The notes: generated by a model not told the origin, from the letters alone. Counted from the stretch's first letter, positions 40,355 to 54,405 are shown. The stretch is DNA of 64,000 bases from Octopus vulgaris (GCA_951406725.2 OX597820.1:35402001-35466000), one strand, 5' to 3'. Numbers and translations: made by a program.

Positions 40355-40846
40355 CAGAAGTAAATAGACACCCCATAAAACATCGTTTTAGTTCTAACTT
40401 GTAATGGGTTATATTTTTTGTTAATTGACATTTTTATGTTTCAGATTCTATATGTGATTGTTTTACCATGCTATGTGCAAAAGAAGCCGTGGAAATTTCT
40501 GAATTTCAAAGAGTCCCAAAATGTTAGTGGCCTCTCCACCACATTACTGGCCCAATTGAACACCTCTGGGACATAATGGACAGGACACTTCATAAAAACA
40601 AGAAAGCTTTTTCAAAACCAGATCTTTTGAGATTACTACATGAAACTTGGCAAGAAATTCCGCAAGAGAATATTTGTCATCTGATCATGCTTAATAGGGT
40701 CCTTGCAGCGAAAAATGAAAAGGCCATATCTACTAAATATTAAATATTCGCTTAATAACAATTAATAAATAATTTGAATGCATGATTTTAGATTTAAATA
40801 AATTTTAATGATTATAAAGGTGTCTATTTACTTCTGCCATGTCTGT
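40354..40846 (+). mobile_element. Internally deleted Tc1 element
   Basis: TIR GCAGAAGTAAATAGACACC / GGTGTCTATTTACTTCTGC(CATGTCTG)TA; internal PIEHLWDIMD and ETWQEIPQENICHL match the Tc1 transposase C-terminus; in (TA)n. Confidence 0.85.
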
Positions 40847-40893
40847 ATATATATATGTGTGTGTGCGTGTGGGTGTGTGGGTGTGTATGTATA

Positions 40894-40937
<44 letters not shown>

Positions 40938-40940
<3 letters not shown>

Positions 40941-41178
40941 AAGAAAATAAGATGGCTAGCAGCAGGCTGTTTCGCCTCATACCGAAGGAATTAGAAATGG
41001 CAGTCAAAGACCGTTTTTTCCATTTTCTATAAGTGGAGATTCCAAAAACGAAGGCCCTTACGGCTCACATACACAAAACCGGAGTGGCAAAAATGGAAAA
41101 AACGGTCTTTGACTGCCATTTCTAATTCCTTCGGTATGAGGCGAAACAGCCTGCTGCTAGCCATCTTATTTTCTTTAC
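40938..41178. repeat. ~89-bp perfect inverted repeat with ~63-bp spacer next to (TA)n; probable PLE pLTR remnant
   Basis: Arms 40938-41026 / 41090-41178. Confidence 0.85.
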
Positions 41179-41298
41179 TATATACTGAACCTTACAAAGG
41201 TCCTGACAATTAATTTGCCGTATTTACATACCGAAATTTACCGGTAAATAATTGTTGGTTACATGAAAAACCACAGGAAAATTATTTACCATTTTTAT

Positions 41299-41368
<70 letters not shown>

Positions 41369-41902
41369 CGAGTGAGTAGACAAACGAAAGAAGGGTACTC
41401 AGCACCTTTATTGAGTTACACGTATGCATCAAAATAGTCTGATTCAAATCCCTTGGTACTCCAAGCTTATATATGTATATATAAATATGAATAATCTTAT
41501 ACTTTCGCACACGCGCACGCCCGTACGCACATATACACTCACACACATCGTCCTCGCATACACACAGGCACTTGTGTACACACGTTATCCAGGTTACTGT
41601 GCTTCCCACTTCAATTCAACCACAGCCTCCCATTAAATTCGACATGTGAAACCATTAATCCAGACACGTTTTTTCCTCACCGTTTTCGTTCCTTATTCTT
41701 GTTTGTAGAAGAGCGTAGGCTTGAAACATCAAAGACTTTTTCATTTTTCTTGAGCGTCAAACTAATGCACCTTTTTTGTTGTTCCTCTACCTGACTCTGT
41801 CTTATGTTTTTTTCTTTTGCATTTTGCACAATTTCGAATCACATACCACATCCCCGCGTTGTTGTTTTTTTGTGTTTGCTTTTGGGGATTTACTATATAT
41901 AT

Positions 41903-41962
<60 letters not shown>

Positions 41963-42331
41963 TTACTTGTTTCAGTCATTTGACTGCGGCCATGCTGGAA
42001 CACTGTCTTTAGTCAAACAAATCCAGCCCAGGACTTATACTTTGCAAGCCTATTACTTATTCTATCGGTCTCTTTTTGCCGAACCGCTAATTTACGGAGA
42101 CGTAAACACACCAATATCGGTTATCAAGCGATGGCGATAGGGTGGGGGGGGGGCGGAAAACACAAACACACAAATACTTACATATATATACGACAGGCTT
42201 CTTTCAGTTTCCGTCTACCAAATCCACTCACAAGGCTGTGGTCGGCCCGAGGCTATAGTAGAAGACACTTGCCCAAGGTGTCACGCGGTAGGACTGAACC
42301 CGGAATCATGTGATTGGGAAGCAAACTTATG

Positions 42332-42362
<31 letters not shown>

Positions 42363-43007
42363 TTATATTCAATATATCTAGTGTCCTATCTTTATCCTAT
42401 CGTCTGCATGTTATCATCACTTACTGGGAGTGTAACCAGGGAATGGATGCAGTTGTGTTTGATTTGGTCTTGTCACACTCACTAGCAGAAGAAGAGAGAT
42501 GCGAGGGACCATGGCGCTGGCGCTCGCTTCCATCATCCACCATCAGTAAATAATCAACAAAAGAAATACATTTAAGACATTGATGGGCGTGTTCCAGCGT
42601 GACGTCAGTAGATTGGCGTAAGCCGTTGTATGTAGTTCTGGGTGAAACTGCTTAACGTCAATGAGGTCAAATTCTTTGCTTACTATATAAAATAATTAAG
42701 GAGTTGTGCAGTATAATGTTAAGTTGCTGATTGTCAAGGGCTTCATAATTTTTAAGTAGAGACAAGAGGAAAATGTTTGTTGGTTTACACATCTACTGTA
42801 TCCTCTGTAGTACATTTAAATAGGCAAGTTCAAAGTATTACATGTCTGTGTGTGTATGTATGTATGTATGCATATAGGTATGGTTGCAGCTATGTACATG
42901 AAATACCTTAGTATACATGTATATACATAACTGTATAGCACACATACGATATATAAACACATAAATTCAAACCCACATACATATGTTCACACATGTGTGT
43001 ATATATG

Positions 43008-43065
<58 letters not shown>

Positions 43066-43336
43066 TATAACATATGCATACGTACATGAAACTCATACAG
43101 ACATAAATATATGGTAAATGAAAGAAAGAAAGAAAGAAAGACAGACAGAAAGAGGGTGAGAGTAATTAAGGAGCTCTTTGCACAACTATCTTTCAGAAAG
43201 AAAGGATTTCAACATTTTGTTAACGTACAAAACTAAGAGGGAACCGTTGTTTACTGTGAAGTATCAAGCCCGCCACCATCACCAACCCCAACTCCCTCTA
43301 TGAATACACATAGCAATATGAATAAATATATGTATA

Positions 43337-43768
43337 CGCGAGATCTGATCAATAAGTATCCGGACTGTTGCCATAGTAACGAAACTAAACGACGCAGGGT
43401 GAAGCTGCTTGGTACTGATTGCCCTTGAACTCTGCTATGCATGCGCGCTAAGTTTTACGTTCCAGCTCAGTTCTGCTATCGACAGCAGTACTTCGAAAGA
43501 AGGTGTGTAGTGTGTGATCTTCGCATTGACCATGACAGAGAAAGTTGAGCAGAGAATCTGCATCAAATTTTGCCAAAAGCTTGGCAATACCTGATCAGAG
43601 GACAACACAGAATTTTCAAAAAGTTTTCAACGTTCTCGACACAAGCAGATCTTGTGCAACTGAAATCCGAGTGTTTTGGCACAAACTTGGCAGGCAACGC
43701 GTCTCATACCCAAATCTGCAGTGATAATGGACTGAACTGAACCGCACCTATTTCTGCACATCCTCTGC
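43337..43768 (+). mobile_element. Mariner remnant (5' end + inverted internal segment)
   Basis: TIR-like CGAGATCTGATCAATAAGTATCCGGACT; ATG 43532 MTEKVEQRICIKFCQKLGNT; minus strand 43648-43767 GSVQSIITADLGMRRVA..KFVPK. Confidence 0.8.
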
Positions 43769-43916
43769 TTATTTCATTTTCCGTCTACCAAATCCACTCA
43801 CAAGGCTTTGGTTGGTCCGGGGCTATAGTAAAAAACACTTTTCCGAGGAGCCACGCACAGTAACTGAACCCGGAACTATGCGGTGGGAAGCAAGCTTCTT
43901 ATCACACAGTTAGGCC

Positions 43917-43987
<71 letters not shown>

Positions 43988-44604
43988 GCATGAATACATA
44001 CATACATAAATATATATATCTCCCCTTGTTGCGTTTGTCCCTCCTCTCTCTCTCTCTTCTCTCTCTCTCTTCCTTCCTTTGCTTCTCTTTCTTTTCTTTT
44101 CTCTCTTCTCTGTCACGTGACCGCTGGCCGAAATCTGCCTTTCAGCTTCCCACCAGCGACGTGTTAACATCGTTGTTTTTCGTCCGCCGCCAAGGCATCG
44201 CCGATAAGGCTCCTTTCCAATGCGCCAGAGAAAATTTGTTTGCTTGTTATCAGTCGTAAGACACTTGTTGTTTTCACCGTTAATGCTTCTGTATTTCATG
44301 TTTCTGTATTCCATTATTGTTTTTTGCTTTTTATATTCGTCCCTTTTGCTGTCCCGGTGTTCGTATGCATTCGATCCTTCTTCCAGGAAATCTACGCTCC
44401 CAGCTTAGTTTTTCTAATGCTCGTTGCTTAGTTTTTCTTGGAGGGCTGGCCGTGATCTAGTAATCTCAAGATTAATCAGCCGAAATTACTACGATGATCC
44501 GGTTCTTGACTGAAGACTGAGGGTTTCGAATGTCCTGTCCGTGTTTATTGTATCGTCTTCTAAGAGTTATACGTTCTTGTCCATGTTGTATTTTTCTACA
44601 TACC

Positions 44605-44641
<37 letters not shown>

Positions 44642-44843
44642 GAATGGAGTTGAACGACTATTTAACAGATATCCTTTATTCTCGACATATGTTTTGAAGG
44701 CTGCATATTCCTAATTCCGAAGGAATAAGGAGTACATTATGCAGATTTCTCATCAGGAAAATCAAGGAACTTATGTCGACATCAAAATGCACAAAAAACT
44801 TTTAGCTGACCGCTCTCAAGGAGCCCATGGCGATAATGAGTGT

Positions 44844-45191
44844 AAAATCTCTTCTGGAACCGATGTCTACTTCTATATTGGCGCAACCTCTTCTAAATTA
44901 GCTCAAAGGATCTCCAACCATTATTCCACTTTCGGAGATAAGAGAAAGCAACACAGTACGGGGCTAAGCAAATTAGTCTGGCGTCTGAAGAACAATAACA
45001 CTACGTTCAAGCTCGAATGGTCCATTTTGTCGGTGTCCTTCCCGTTTGATAAAGGCAGAAAATTTTGTGGCATCTGTAATTCCGAACTTTTTCATATTTT
45101 GTTCGCCAAAGGCCCTTTAATAAATACACTCGTCGAAAGATCCTACAGGTGTTTACACTGGAAAAGACACACCTTTCACTCATATAAATAG
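44844..45191 (+). pseudogene. PLE GIY-YIG endonuclease C-terminal fragment
   Basis: YFYIGATSSKLAQRISNH..STGLSKLVWRLK..EWSIL..CGICNSELFHI..LINT..CLH, typical PLE endonuclease end; the ORF 5' portion derives from the inverted repeat. Confidence 0.88.
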
Positions 45192-45750
45192 TGACTAATA
45201 TAGATAACCCCTCGATTTCCAAAAGAAATTTTTGCTATATTTCACCCCAATAGTCAAAAAGATTTTCTTATATTCCCAATTACTACTATCTATTCTTGCG
45301 TTGCCTCTCACCTCGCCCGATTCTTTCTCCCTTTCGCTATCTACTTTCCTTTCTCTACAGTAAACATAATCGAACACACAGACACAGACCTTTCACCTCA
45401 CAGCTGTCAGTTTTCTGACATCTACCCATCCACAAACACAATCACGCATTCAGACACACACATACACACATTAAGACAGTTATATACAGTCACACACACA
45501 GGCACTCATTCACAAAAGAAATCATTTAAAACCCACCATTCTTTTGACCTGCACTCTCTCACCTTACTATTCTTTGCCTCCCTCCTCCTACTTCGTTTGA
45601 ACTCTTGAACCTTTAGAAACTTCTAGATTCTTCTACATTCAGCACCCTGACGTCACTCATTATAAAGAGACACTCATTATCGCCATGGGCTCCTTGAGAG
45701 CGGTCAGCTAAAGTTTTTTTGTGCATTTTGATGTCGACATAAGTTCCTTG

Positions 45751-45835
45751 ATTTTCCTGATGAGAAATCTGCATAATGTACTCCTTATTCCTTCGGAATT
45801 AGGAATATGCAGCCTTCGAAACATATGTCGAGAAT
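45751..45835 (+). ncRNA. Type I hammerhead ribozyme with extended stem II in PLE pLTR
   Basis: ATTTTC CTGATGA GAA..CTGCATA....TATGCAG..TTC GAAA CATATG TC GAGAAT; the inverted copy at ~44678-44762 has a stem II substitution. Confidence 0.75.
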
Positions 45836-46038
45836 AAAGGATATTTGTTAACTAGTCGTTCAACTCCATTCTTTCATATACTTATAATTTTAAAATAAAC
45901 ATACAAATTTCCGCACGAAGACACGTAGTCTATGCCCTAGGGACGTAGCTTCAACCGTGTTCTTTCTGATGTGAATTTGCTACCCAGGTATCGGTTATCT
46001 TTCGAATTATCCTTAATAAGATAATTCATTCAATTACT

Positions 46039-46090
<52 letters not shown>

Positions 46091-46471
46091 AATTGAGATA
46101 GGGGTTGTAAATGCAACCCTCCCTGGGATAACATATATCCAATATACTGCTAGTGAAGTACCCAACAAAGTTAATACATAAATGTTAAGAATTGCGATGC
46201 AATTAATTCATTTACTGTATTATATGGACAAAGGTAAAATGTTTTACCACAAATTCATAATACAAAATAAGAAAATGGAGAAATACAACCAAATCAAATA
46301 TCACCCAATCACATCCTTTATTAAACCACCACATAAGAGACTTTAATGTCAAACATAATAATGTAGAACAAAACAGTGTACATAAAGGAGTGTACATAAA
46401 GGAGTAATGTGATACAATAAGTACAATATGTATAAGAGAATATAAATATAAGTAAATATAAATATAAATAT

Positions 46472-46507
<36 letters not shown>

Positions 46508-47479
46508 TAATAAATATACATGCAGTGCTTACAGACATCATTTTCATTATGATGGGAAAATTTTCACGAAGCCCTCATATCCACAGATATTTCTTTTCAC
46601 GTTTCTTTTGCAAAGCTTAGGATCCCGGGGTCAGCCTTTACCATATCATCCCTTGTCTTCATCCATGGATCGGCATCCACCAGTAGAAACCAACACAAAA
46701 GGTGAAACTCATGAATCTGAGCCCCGAAATATGTACCGACTGCAAATGTATCAGTCCCTTTCGGGGTCGATAAATTAAGTACCAGTTATGCACTGGGGTC
46801 GATGTAATCGACTTAATCCGTTTGTCTGACCTTGTTTGTCCTCTCTGTGTTTAGCCCCTTGTGGGTAGTAAAGAAAGATGTATTTCGTCTGTCTTCACGT
46901 TCTGAGTTCAAATTCCGCCGAGGTCGACTTGCCTTTCGTCCTTTCGGGGTTGATAAATTAAGTACCAGTTGCGTACTGGGATCGGTGTAATCGACTGACC
47001 CCCTCTCCAAAAATTTCGGGCCTTGTGCCTAGAGCAGAAAAGAATCGTTAGCACTTTGGACGAAATGATTAGCGGTATTTCGCCCGTCGCTACGTTCTGA
47101 GTTCAAATTCTGCTGAGTTTGACTTTGCTTTTCACCATTTCAGGGTCGATAAATTTAGTATTTGTTAAACACTGGGATCGACTCGTCCCTTTCCCCAAAA
47201 TGGCTGCCCTTGTGGTAAGATTTGAAACCATTAAGATGTACAAAAGGTTACTTGAAAGAAGTTTTCTTAAACATGTGCCCACCACCAGCAAATAGAAAAG
47301 TGTTGCAGCAAAATGAACACGGTTTCTCACGCTTCAATTTTACAATCGACTGATTCTCCTGTAATTGCCTTGCCTTGGGCTCTCAAGTCCTTGATGGAAT
47401 CATCATTACTAACGTACTGTGTTGTCTTTAGCAGGGCATTTTTAGAGCAGTCGAACACCACCCTCTCCAAGTTAAGGGA

Positions 47480-47675
47480 AGGCGGCGAGCTAGTAGAAAC
47501 GTTAGCACGCCGGGTGAAATGCCTTGCGGTATTTCGTCTGTCTTTATGTTCTGAGTTCAAATTCCGCCGTGGTCGACTTTGCCTTTCATCCTTTCGGGGT
47601 CGATAAATTAAGTACCAGTTACGCACTGGTGTCGATGTAATCGACTTAATCCGTTTGTCTGTCCTTGTTTGTCCT
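47480..47675 (+). mobile_element. SINE family A copy
   Basis: GGCGGCGAGCTAGTAGAAACGTTAGCACGCCGG..GAGTTCAAATTCCGCC..GCCTTTCATCCTTTCGGGGTCGATAAATTAAGTACCAG; many more copies, e.g. 24569, 26158, 27115, 37123, 46757, 49800, 58370. Confidence 0.9.
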
Positions 47676-48295
47676 AGAGAGAGAGAGAGAAAGAGAGGCT
47701 AAGTCCAGTACAAGACTAGTACTTTACTTACCGACCTCGAATAGGTAAAGGTAAAATTGACCGCTCAGGATTTGAACTTAGAACATATAGGGTCGGAGCA
47801 AATTACTACAGTGTAATTTGTCCAATTCTCTAACGACACAGCCAAATTTGTTTAGTAGCCTTTGAATAACTGATACGCAATAATAATAATAAACAAACAT
47901 CACTCATAGGCATGTATAAACAATTTGTTTAGTATTGATTTATATCAACAATGTATGCTGCAATTTAGTTATCTTGTTTGGCCCCAGGTCCAACCCTGAA
48001 GGAGCAGACCTTTATAACTTTTTATTCCTTCTGAAATATTATTCATTATTGCTTGTTAGAACGATGTTTGTTCACTTCTCGTTATAATTAAATAAACACA
48101 CAAATCCTTTTCAGAAAAGTATAAGTGGGTTGTTGTTATTTCTAGCAAGGCCGAGCAAAGCTCCTCCTTGTTTTTTGGGTGTGAGTGTGAGTGAGGAAGG
48201 GCACTTCTTAAAACAGTTACTAAAGTTCTACTTCTACCCCGTTCGCTTTTTCTCTCTTTCTCTCTCCTTTTTTCTCTCTCTCCTTCTTTCTTTCT

Positions 48296-48333
<38 letters not shown>

Positions 48334-48558
48334 CCCTCTTTCTTCATCTTTCTTCCTCTCTCATTCTTTTTTCTTCATTTTGCTTTTGCTTTCTTGAGAA
48401 CCAGCGAACATGTATCGTAGTTATGGAACTGACGTCGCTGCATAACACAATATAAAACCGAGACAAGAAGAAACAGAGAAAGAAGAGAGAGAGAAGGGGG
48501 ACGAGAAACAGCGCTAATTTATGCAACATATGTTGTTGCTAATGCTGTTCTGATTCTA

Positions 48559-48623
<65 letters not shown>

Positions 48624-49221
48624 AACTACTACAACTACTACTGCGGCTGCTGCTGCTGCTCTTTTATTACTGTTATTACTATTATTTTTATTCTTGCTGT
48701 TTTCTTTCCTCTTGTAGTATATATCTTGTTCTTTTCCTTCTTATGCTTTTGTTTTTATTATTCCACTTGTTTCTGCTATTGTTCGGTGTCACTGCAACCT
48801 GTCAGTCATCTTCTAGTCTATCTATGCATCGGGCATTTTATTATTTTAATGGAAATCTTACCCAGTTCCGGACCCATCAAATAATCTATTTCCAAATCCC
48901 TTGCGCCAAAAGTGAGTCCTCTTTACAAAAGAATAATCCACGTTTCAACCAGTTAATGTTAATTTTCACCGTGGCTGGTGCAAAAATTATTTCCATAAAA
49001 TACTTTAGTGAAAATTTGGTAGACAGCGGTCGGATAAAGAACTGGACAGGGGAGGGGTCCTGTTGCGATTAAAACCCTATGAAACGTTATACGCTATAAC
49101 AACACTTTAGGGTCTCGTCAAGAGTTGAGAACCCAATACAAGGACGACATGTAAAACCAGGAACGATCTGTGAGGATGTTTACAAGTGTGTGTGTTTCTT
49201 ATTCTTATTTTAGATTAAGTA

Positions 49222-49392
49222 GGCGTAGGAGTGGCTGTGTGGTAAGTAGCTTGCTTACGAATCACGTGGTTCCGAGTTCAGTCCTACTGCGTGGTACCTT
49301 GGGCAAGTGTCTTCTACTATAGCCTCGGGCCGACCAAAGCCTTGTGAGTGGATTTGGTGGACGGAAACTGAAAAAAGCCCGTCGCATATATG

Positions 49393-49423
<31 letters not shown>

Positions 49424-49644
49424 ATGTTTGTGCGTCTGTGTGTTTGTGTTTGTCCCATCCCCACCAACATCGCTTGACAACCGATGCTCGTGTGTTTACA
49501 TCCCCGTAACTTAGCGGTTCGGCAAAAGAAACCTATAGAATAAGTACTAGGTTTGCAAATCGATTAGGGGTCGATTTGCTCGACTAAAAGCGGTGCTCCA
49601 GCATGGCCACAGTCAAATAACTGAAACAAGTAACAGAGAGTAAA
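49222..49644 (+). mobile_element. SINE family B, full length (tRNA-like head, internal TA/TG microsatellite, GAGTAAAA tail)
   Basis: GGAGTGGCTGTGTGGTAAG..GAGTTCAGTCC..CCTTGGGCAAGTGTC..GCGGTGCTCCAGCATGGCC..; other copies at about 5055, 28540, 35123, 39160, 41960, 63663. Confidence 0.9.
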
Positions 49645-51484
49645 GAGTAAAAGAGTAAAAGAGTAATGGTACACAAACTGGCAATTATCCACACAACAGA
49701 CTTCTTCCAGTACCTGTCTACTAAATCCATTCACAAGGTAAGAAAAGGGTTGACGGTGACTTCAAAGATTCGGCTAAAAGCGAGTAGCGTAAATATAATT
49801 TGAACTCAGAATGAAAGGACGGGCGACATGCCGCGTAGCATTTTGCCCGCCGTGCCAACGACTCTGGTAGCTTACTACCTTATTATCATCCAACAAGTAT
49901 ATTGGTTTCAAATTTTGGCACAAGGCCAGCATGTTTGTGAGAGTGGGGTAAATTGATTACAACGACTCCATTTTTCGACTGGTACTTATTTTATTGAAAG
50001 ACAAAGTCATGAAAGGCAAAGTCAACCTTGGCGGAATTTGGACTCAGAACGTAAGTACGAACGAAATATCTATTTCTTTACTACCCACAAGGGGCTAAAC
50101 ACAGAGAGGACAAACAAGGACAGACAAACGGATTAAGTCGATTATATCGACCCCAGTGCGTAACTGGTCCTTATTTAATCGACCCCAAAAGGATGAAAGG
50201 CAAAGTCGACCTCGGCGGAATTTGAACTCAGAACGTAGCGGCAGACGAAATACCGCCAAGCATTTTGCCCGTTGTCTGCCACGAGTCTGCCAGCTCACCG
50301 CCTTATTATCCAACAAATACATTCCTAAAAATTATTGCTACACCTGGCATCTGTATTGATGAAGAAACAAAAGTGAGTTTGCATCCATTAATTCATTCTT
50401 TATCATGGTGTTAGACAAGTTAAAAATGTGTCTAATGATCTTGATTTCGGGGTCGATAACATAAGTACTCGTTGAGCACTTGTTGGCCTTGAGCCAAAAT
50501 TTGAAACTAATATTTTTAATACATGAAAGGCGGCGAGCTGACAGAATTGTTAGCACGCCAGGTGAACTGCTTATTACGTTCTGAGGTCAAATTTCGACAA
50601 GGTTGACTTTGCCTTTATCCTTTCGGAGTTGATAAAATAAGAACCCTTTCTGCACTTGCTGGCCTTGTGCAAAAATTTGAAACTAATATTTTTAATGCAA
50701 GAAGCAATTTTAAAAGCTAACTAGTAAATGTGTGGTTTTGTTTTGTTTTTTTCTGATACATTCGAGGGATAACGCCAGGCATGATTCAATGTTATTCTGA
50801 CCTCAACAGTAGTGAAAAAATTCCATCATTCCTGCAGAGGTAGTGAAGAATTAATTAGCAAGTAAATGAGTGAAGTTGTACAACTCTTTACGTAAAAATA
50901 TTGAATTACTTTGAGAAATAATTCATGGTCGCCATCTTGATAGGAAACAACAGGTAACCTTGTGGTAACATATTGAATACGGGGAACATTATAAAACTAA
51001 CAAGACACAAATTTTATGCTAATGAATAAATGATGATGATGATGATGATATTCACGATGATGACCACCACCACGTCAACAATCACGACGACGATGATGAT
51101 TATGATGGCGATGACATTGATGATGAAGACGATGGCGACGACGACGGAGCCAACGACGACGACGACCATGGTGGTAGTAGCAGCAACACTGACGGTGGCA
51201 GCAGCAGCGACGGTCGTAGCAGCAGTGGCAGCTGTAGTCAAGAACTTGGGAACTCTTCAACCCAGCGATTCAGACCACTTCCCTACTGCCACCAGCCCAC
51301 CACAGATGTGTGTCCTTGAGCCAATTTCCTTATTAATTCATTATTTAATTATTTTCGCTCGGCTTACACACTTCAGCGGCCACTCACGCACATCATTAAA
51401 CAACTCACTTACCTCTTTCGTACCCTTGTCATGAATTCATTTGCCAGAGAAACCAATTATCATTATTAACACGCTTAGCAAAAG

Positions 51485-51548
<64 letters not shown>

Positions 51549-51651
51549 GGTGGCAAGGCGAAATCAAAAGCAACAAAAATGAAAGTAACAACTGCAGTGA
51601 GATGCTTTGTCTCGTATACACTTACATATGTTTGCTTGTGTAAGTGTGTGT

Positions 51652-52072
51652 ATACTCTTTTACTCTTTTACTTGTTTCAGTCATCTGACTGCGGCCATGC
51701 TGGAGCACCGCCTTTAATCGAGCAACTCGACCCCGGGACTTATTCTTTTGTAAGCCCAGTACTTATTCTATCGGTCTCTTTTGCCGAACCGCTAAGTGAC
51801 GGGGACATAAAGACACCAGCATCGGTTGTCAAGCAATGCTCGGGGGACAAACACAGACACACAAACACACACACGCATATATGTATATATACATATATAT
51901 ACATATATACGACGGGCTTCTTTCAGTTTCCGCCTACCAAATCCACTCACAAGGCTTTGGTCGGCCCGGGGCTATAGTAGAAGACACTTGCTCAAGGTGC
52001 CACGCAGTGGGACTGAACCCGGGACCATGTGGTTGGTAAACAAGCTACTTACCACACAGCCACTCCCACGCC
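51652..52072 (-). mobile_element. SINE family B, full length
   Basis: Reverse-complement match to 49222 copy. Confidence 0.9.
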
Positions 52073-52083
52073 TGTATAAATAA

Positions 52084-52115
<32 letters not shown>

Positions 52116-52244
52116 CTGTGTTTGTTTGTGCGTGTCTGTGTTTGTGTGTGTGTAAAACGCGCGAAATTGCAAGGATCTTTTGAACGTTGAGTGCTGAGAA
52201 ATTAGCTATGAATTTTTCGCTAGCTGTGTTCTTATTAAATCTAT

Positions 52245-52336
<92 letters not shown>

Positions 52337-52337
52337 C

Positions 52338-52706
52338 TGTTTTACTTGTTTCAGTCATTTGACTGCGGCCATGCTGGAGCACCGCCTTTAGTCGAGCAAA
52401 TCGACCCCGGGACTTATTCTTTGTAAGCCCAGTACTTATTCTATCGGTCTCTTTTGCCGAACTGCTAGGTGACGGAGACGTAAACATACCACCATCGGTT
52501 GTCAAGCAATGCTAGGGGGAAAAACACAGACACACAAACACACACACATACATATATATATACATATATACGACAGGCTTCTTTCATTTTCCGTCTACCA
52601 AATCCACTCACAAGGCACTGGTCGGCCCGGCGCTATAGCAGAAGACACTTGCCCAAGATGCCACGCAGTGGGACTGAACCTGGAACCATGTGGTTGGTTA
52701 GCAAGC
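52338..52706 (-). mobile_element. SINE family B, 5'-truncated
   Basis: Highly similar to the adjacent 51652 copy. Confidence 0.88.
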
Positions 52707-52969
52707 TTGGCGGACTGGCCAGCTTGTCAGCTTGCCCGATGGAAAGTGGGCCCCATGCTCTATTAGAATCTATAAACGGGGACCCATGTTAGTATCTAAT
52801 AGGCACACCATCTCAAGCTTGAGAATTTTTTATTCACTTCTGGAAGAATGCATTAATTATTTCAGCCTGGCTGTGTTTGTAGACAGTTGAAAAGAAAACT
52901 TTAAATTAAATAATAGCATTGTAGTTAGTTTCCTGGCAACCAATATTTTTAGACCCAGTCCGCCACTGT

Positions 52970-53035
<66 letters not shown>

Positions 53036-53143
53036 GCATACACACATACATATGTGCATGTGTGCTTCATAGGAAATTGGAAACAAGTAACATCGTTTGT
53101 ATAAGAGTGACGGACTTAGACAAAGTTCACACATAAATCAAAA

Positions 53144-53475
53144 GAGTAAAGACCTCCTTCGGTCGTGAATGATCATGGGATTCCACAGTTAAAGTTACCT
53201 TCCGAAGCATAAATCCAGACAATGTTGTTTATGGAAGACCAGCAGTCGCCCATGCATACCAGCCTCCCCTCTCCATGCCACCGATGTTATCCAAGGGAAA
53301 GGCAAAGGGCCGATACAGTTTGGCACTAGTGACATAGCAAATCATTCCTACAGCTGGGTGAAGCAACGCGAAATAAAGTGTCCTGCTGAAGAACACAACA
53401 CAGCCCGTCTGGGAATCGAGCTCACTACCTCATGATTGGGAGCCCAACGCTCTAACAACTGAGCCATGCGCCTTC
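53144..53475 (-). mobile_element. SINE family C copy
   Basis: Homology to 18405-18745. Confidence 0.85.
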
Positions 53476-53743
53476 ACACAAAAATATATATATACACACA
53501 CATACATACACTCGCACACACACACATACACACAAACACACACACACAAACACACACACATGCATATATATATATACATACACACACACGCACATGAAGA
53601 ACTTCTTTCAGCATCTGTCTACCAAACAGAGCGCAGGATTACATAATGGTATATTACCTAACACTCCGTTGAGCCCCTAGTGCGAAACCGATTGGTAAGA
53701 TTGACCGTAATGGATATATAATGCTGTACACTTCGATTAATGT

Positions 53744-53801
<58 letters not shown>

Positions 53802-53828
53802 ATATACATAGATTGATCGATCGATAGC

Positions 53829-53914
<86 letters not shown>

Positions 53915-54405
53915 CTGATTGATTGATTGATTGATATGTATGTATACCTTACAGGGTTCCGCATACATTTCGTCTCAGGAATAATCTACATTCGCGTGAC
54001 CCTGGTCGGTTCGGATCTACATTAAAAACAGCAGTTTTTCCCAAGGCCCCGTTTGGTGGCACCGACCCCGAAACCATGTGGTTGCAAGGCAAACGCAACA
54101 AAAACATCACAGTCATGCTTACGCCTATATCACCTGACAGAAAAATACACATTCAAAAATATACAGTATTATCACGGTTGGAACGCCATTGGTCATAGAT
54201 TAACACGATCGCGCCTGACCTTAGGGTCAACGACACAGATACCGTTGTTTACTGTATTATATACCTGTTGCATTATTTATTATCTTATTTGCACAAACTA
54301 TTTATTACTTTTGCCACTGTTTTTCTCAATTGTAATCAATAACAGTTGTTTTCTGTTGTGTTGCGCAATAAATCCTGTTATACATATATACATACATACA
54401 TACAT

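Larger units (their letters stand above)
44635..46040 (+). mobile_element. 5'-truncated Penelope-like element with inverted pLTR segment
   Basis: ~208-bp inverted repeats 44635-44843 / 45670-45880 flank a GIY-YIG fragment; bounded by (TA)n. Confidence 0.88.

Noticed and set aside
44430-44540. GGCTG..CAGCCGAAA and CTGAAGA motifs
   Set aside because: The core halves are not in a compatible arrangement; probably a decayed repeat terminus
44739-44843. N-terminal part of the 150-aa ORF as real coding sequence
   Set aside because: It is the inverted pLTR copy fortuitously in frame with the GIY-YIG fragment
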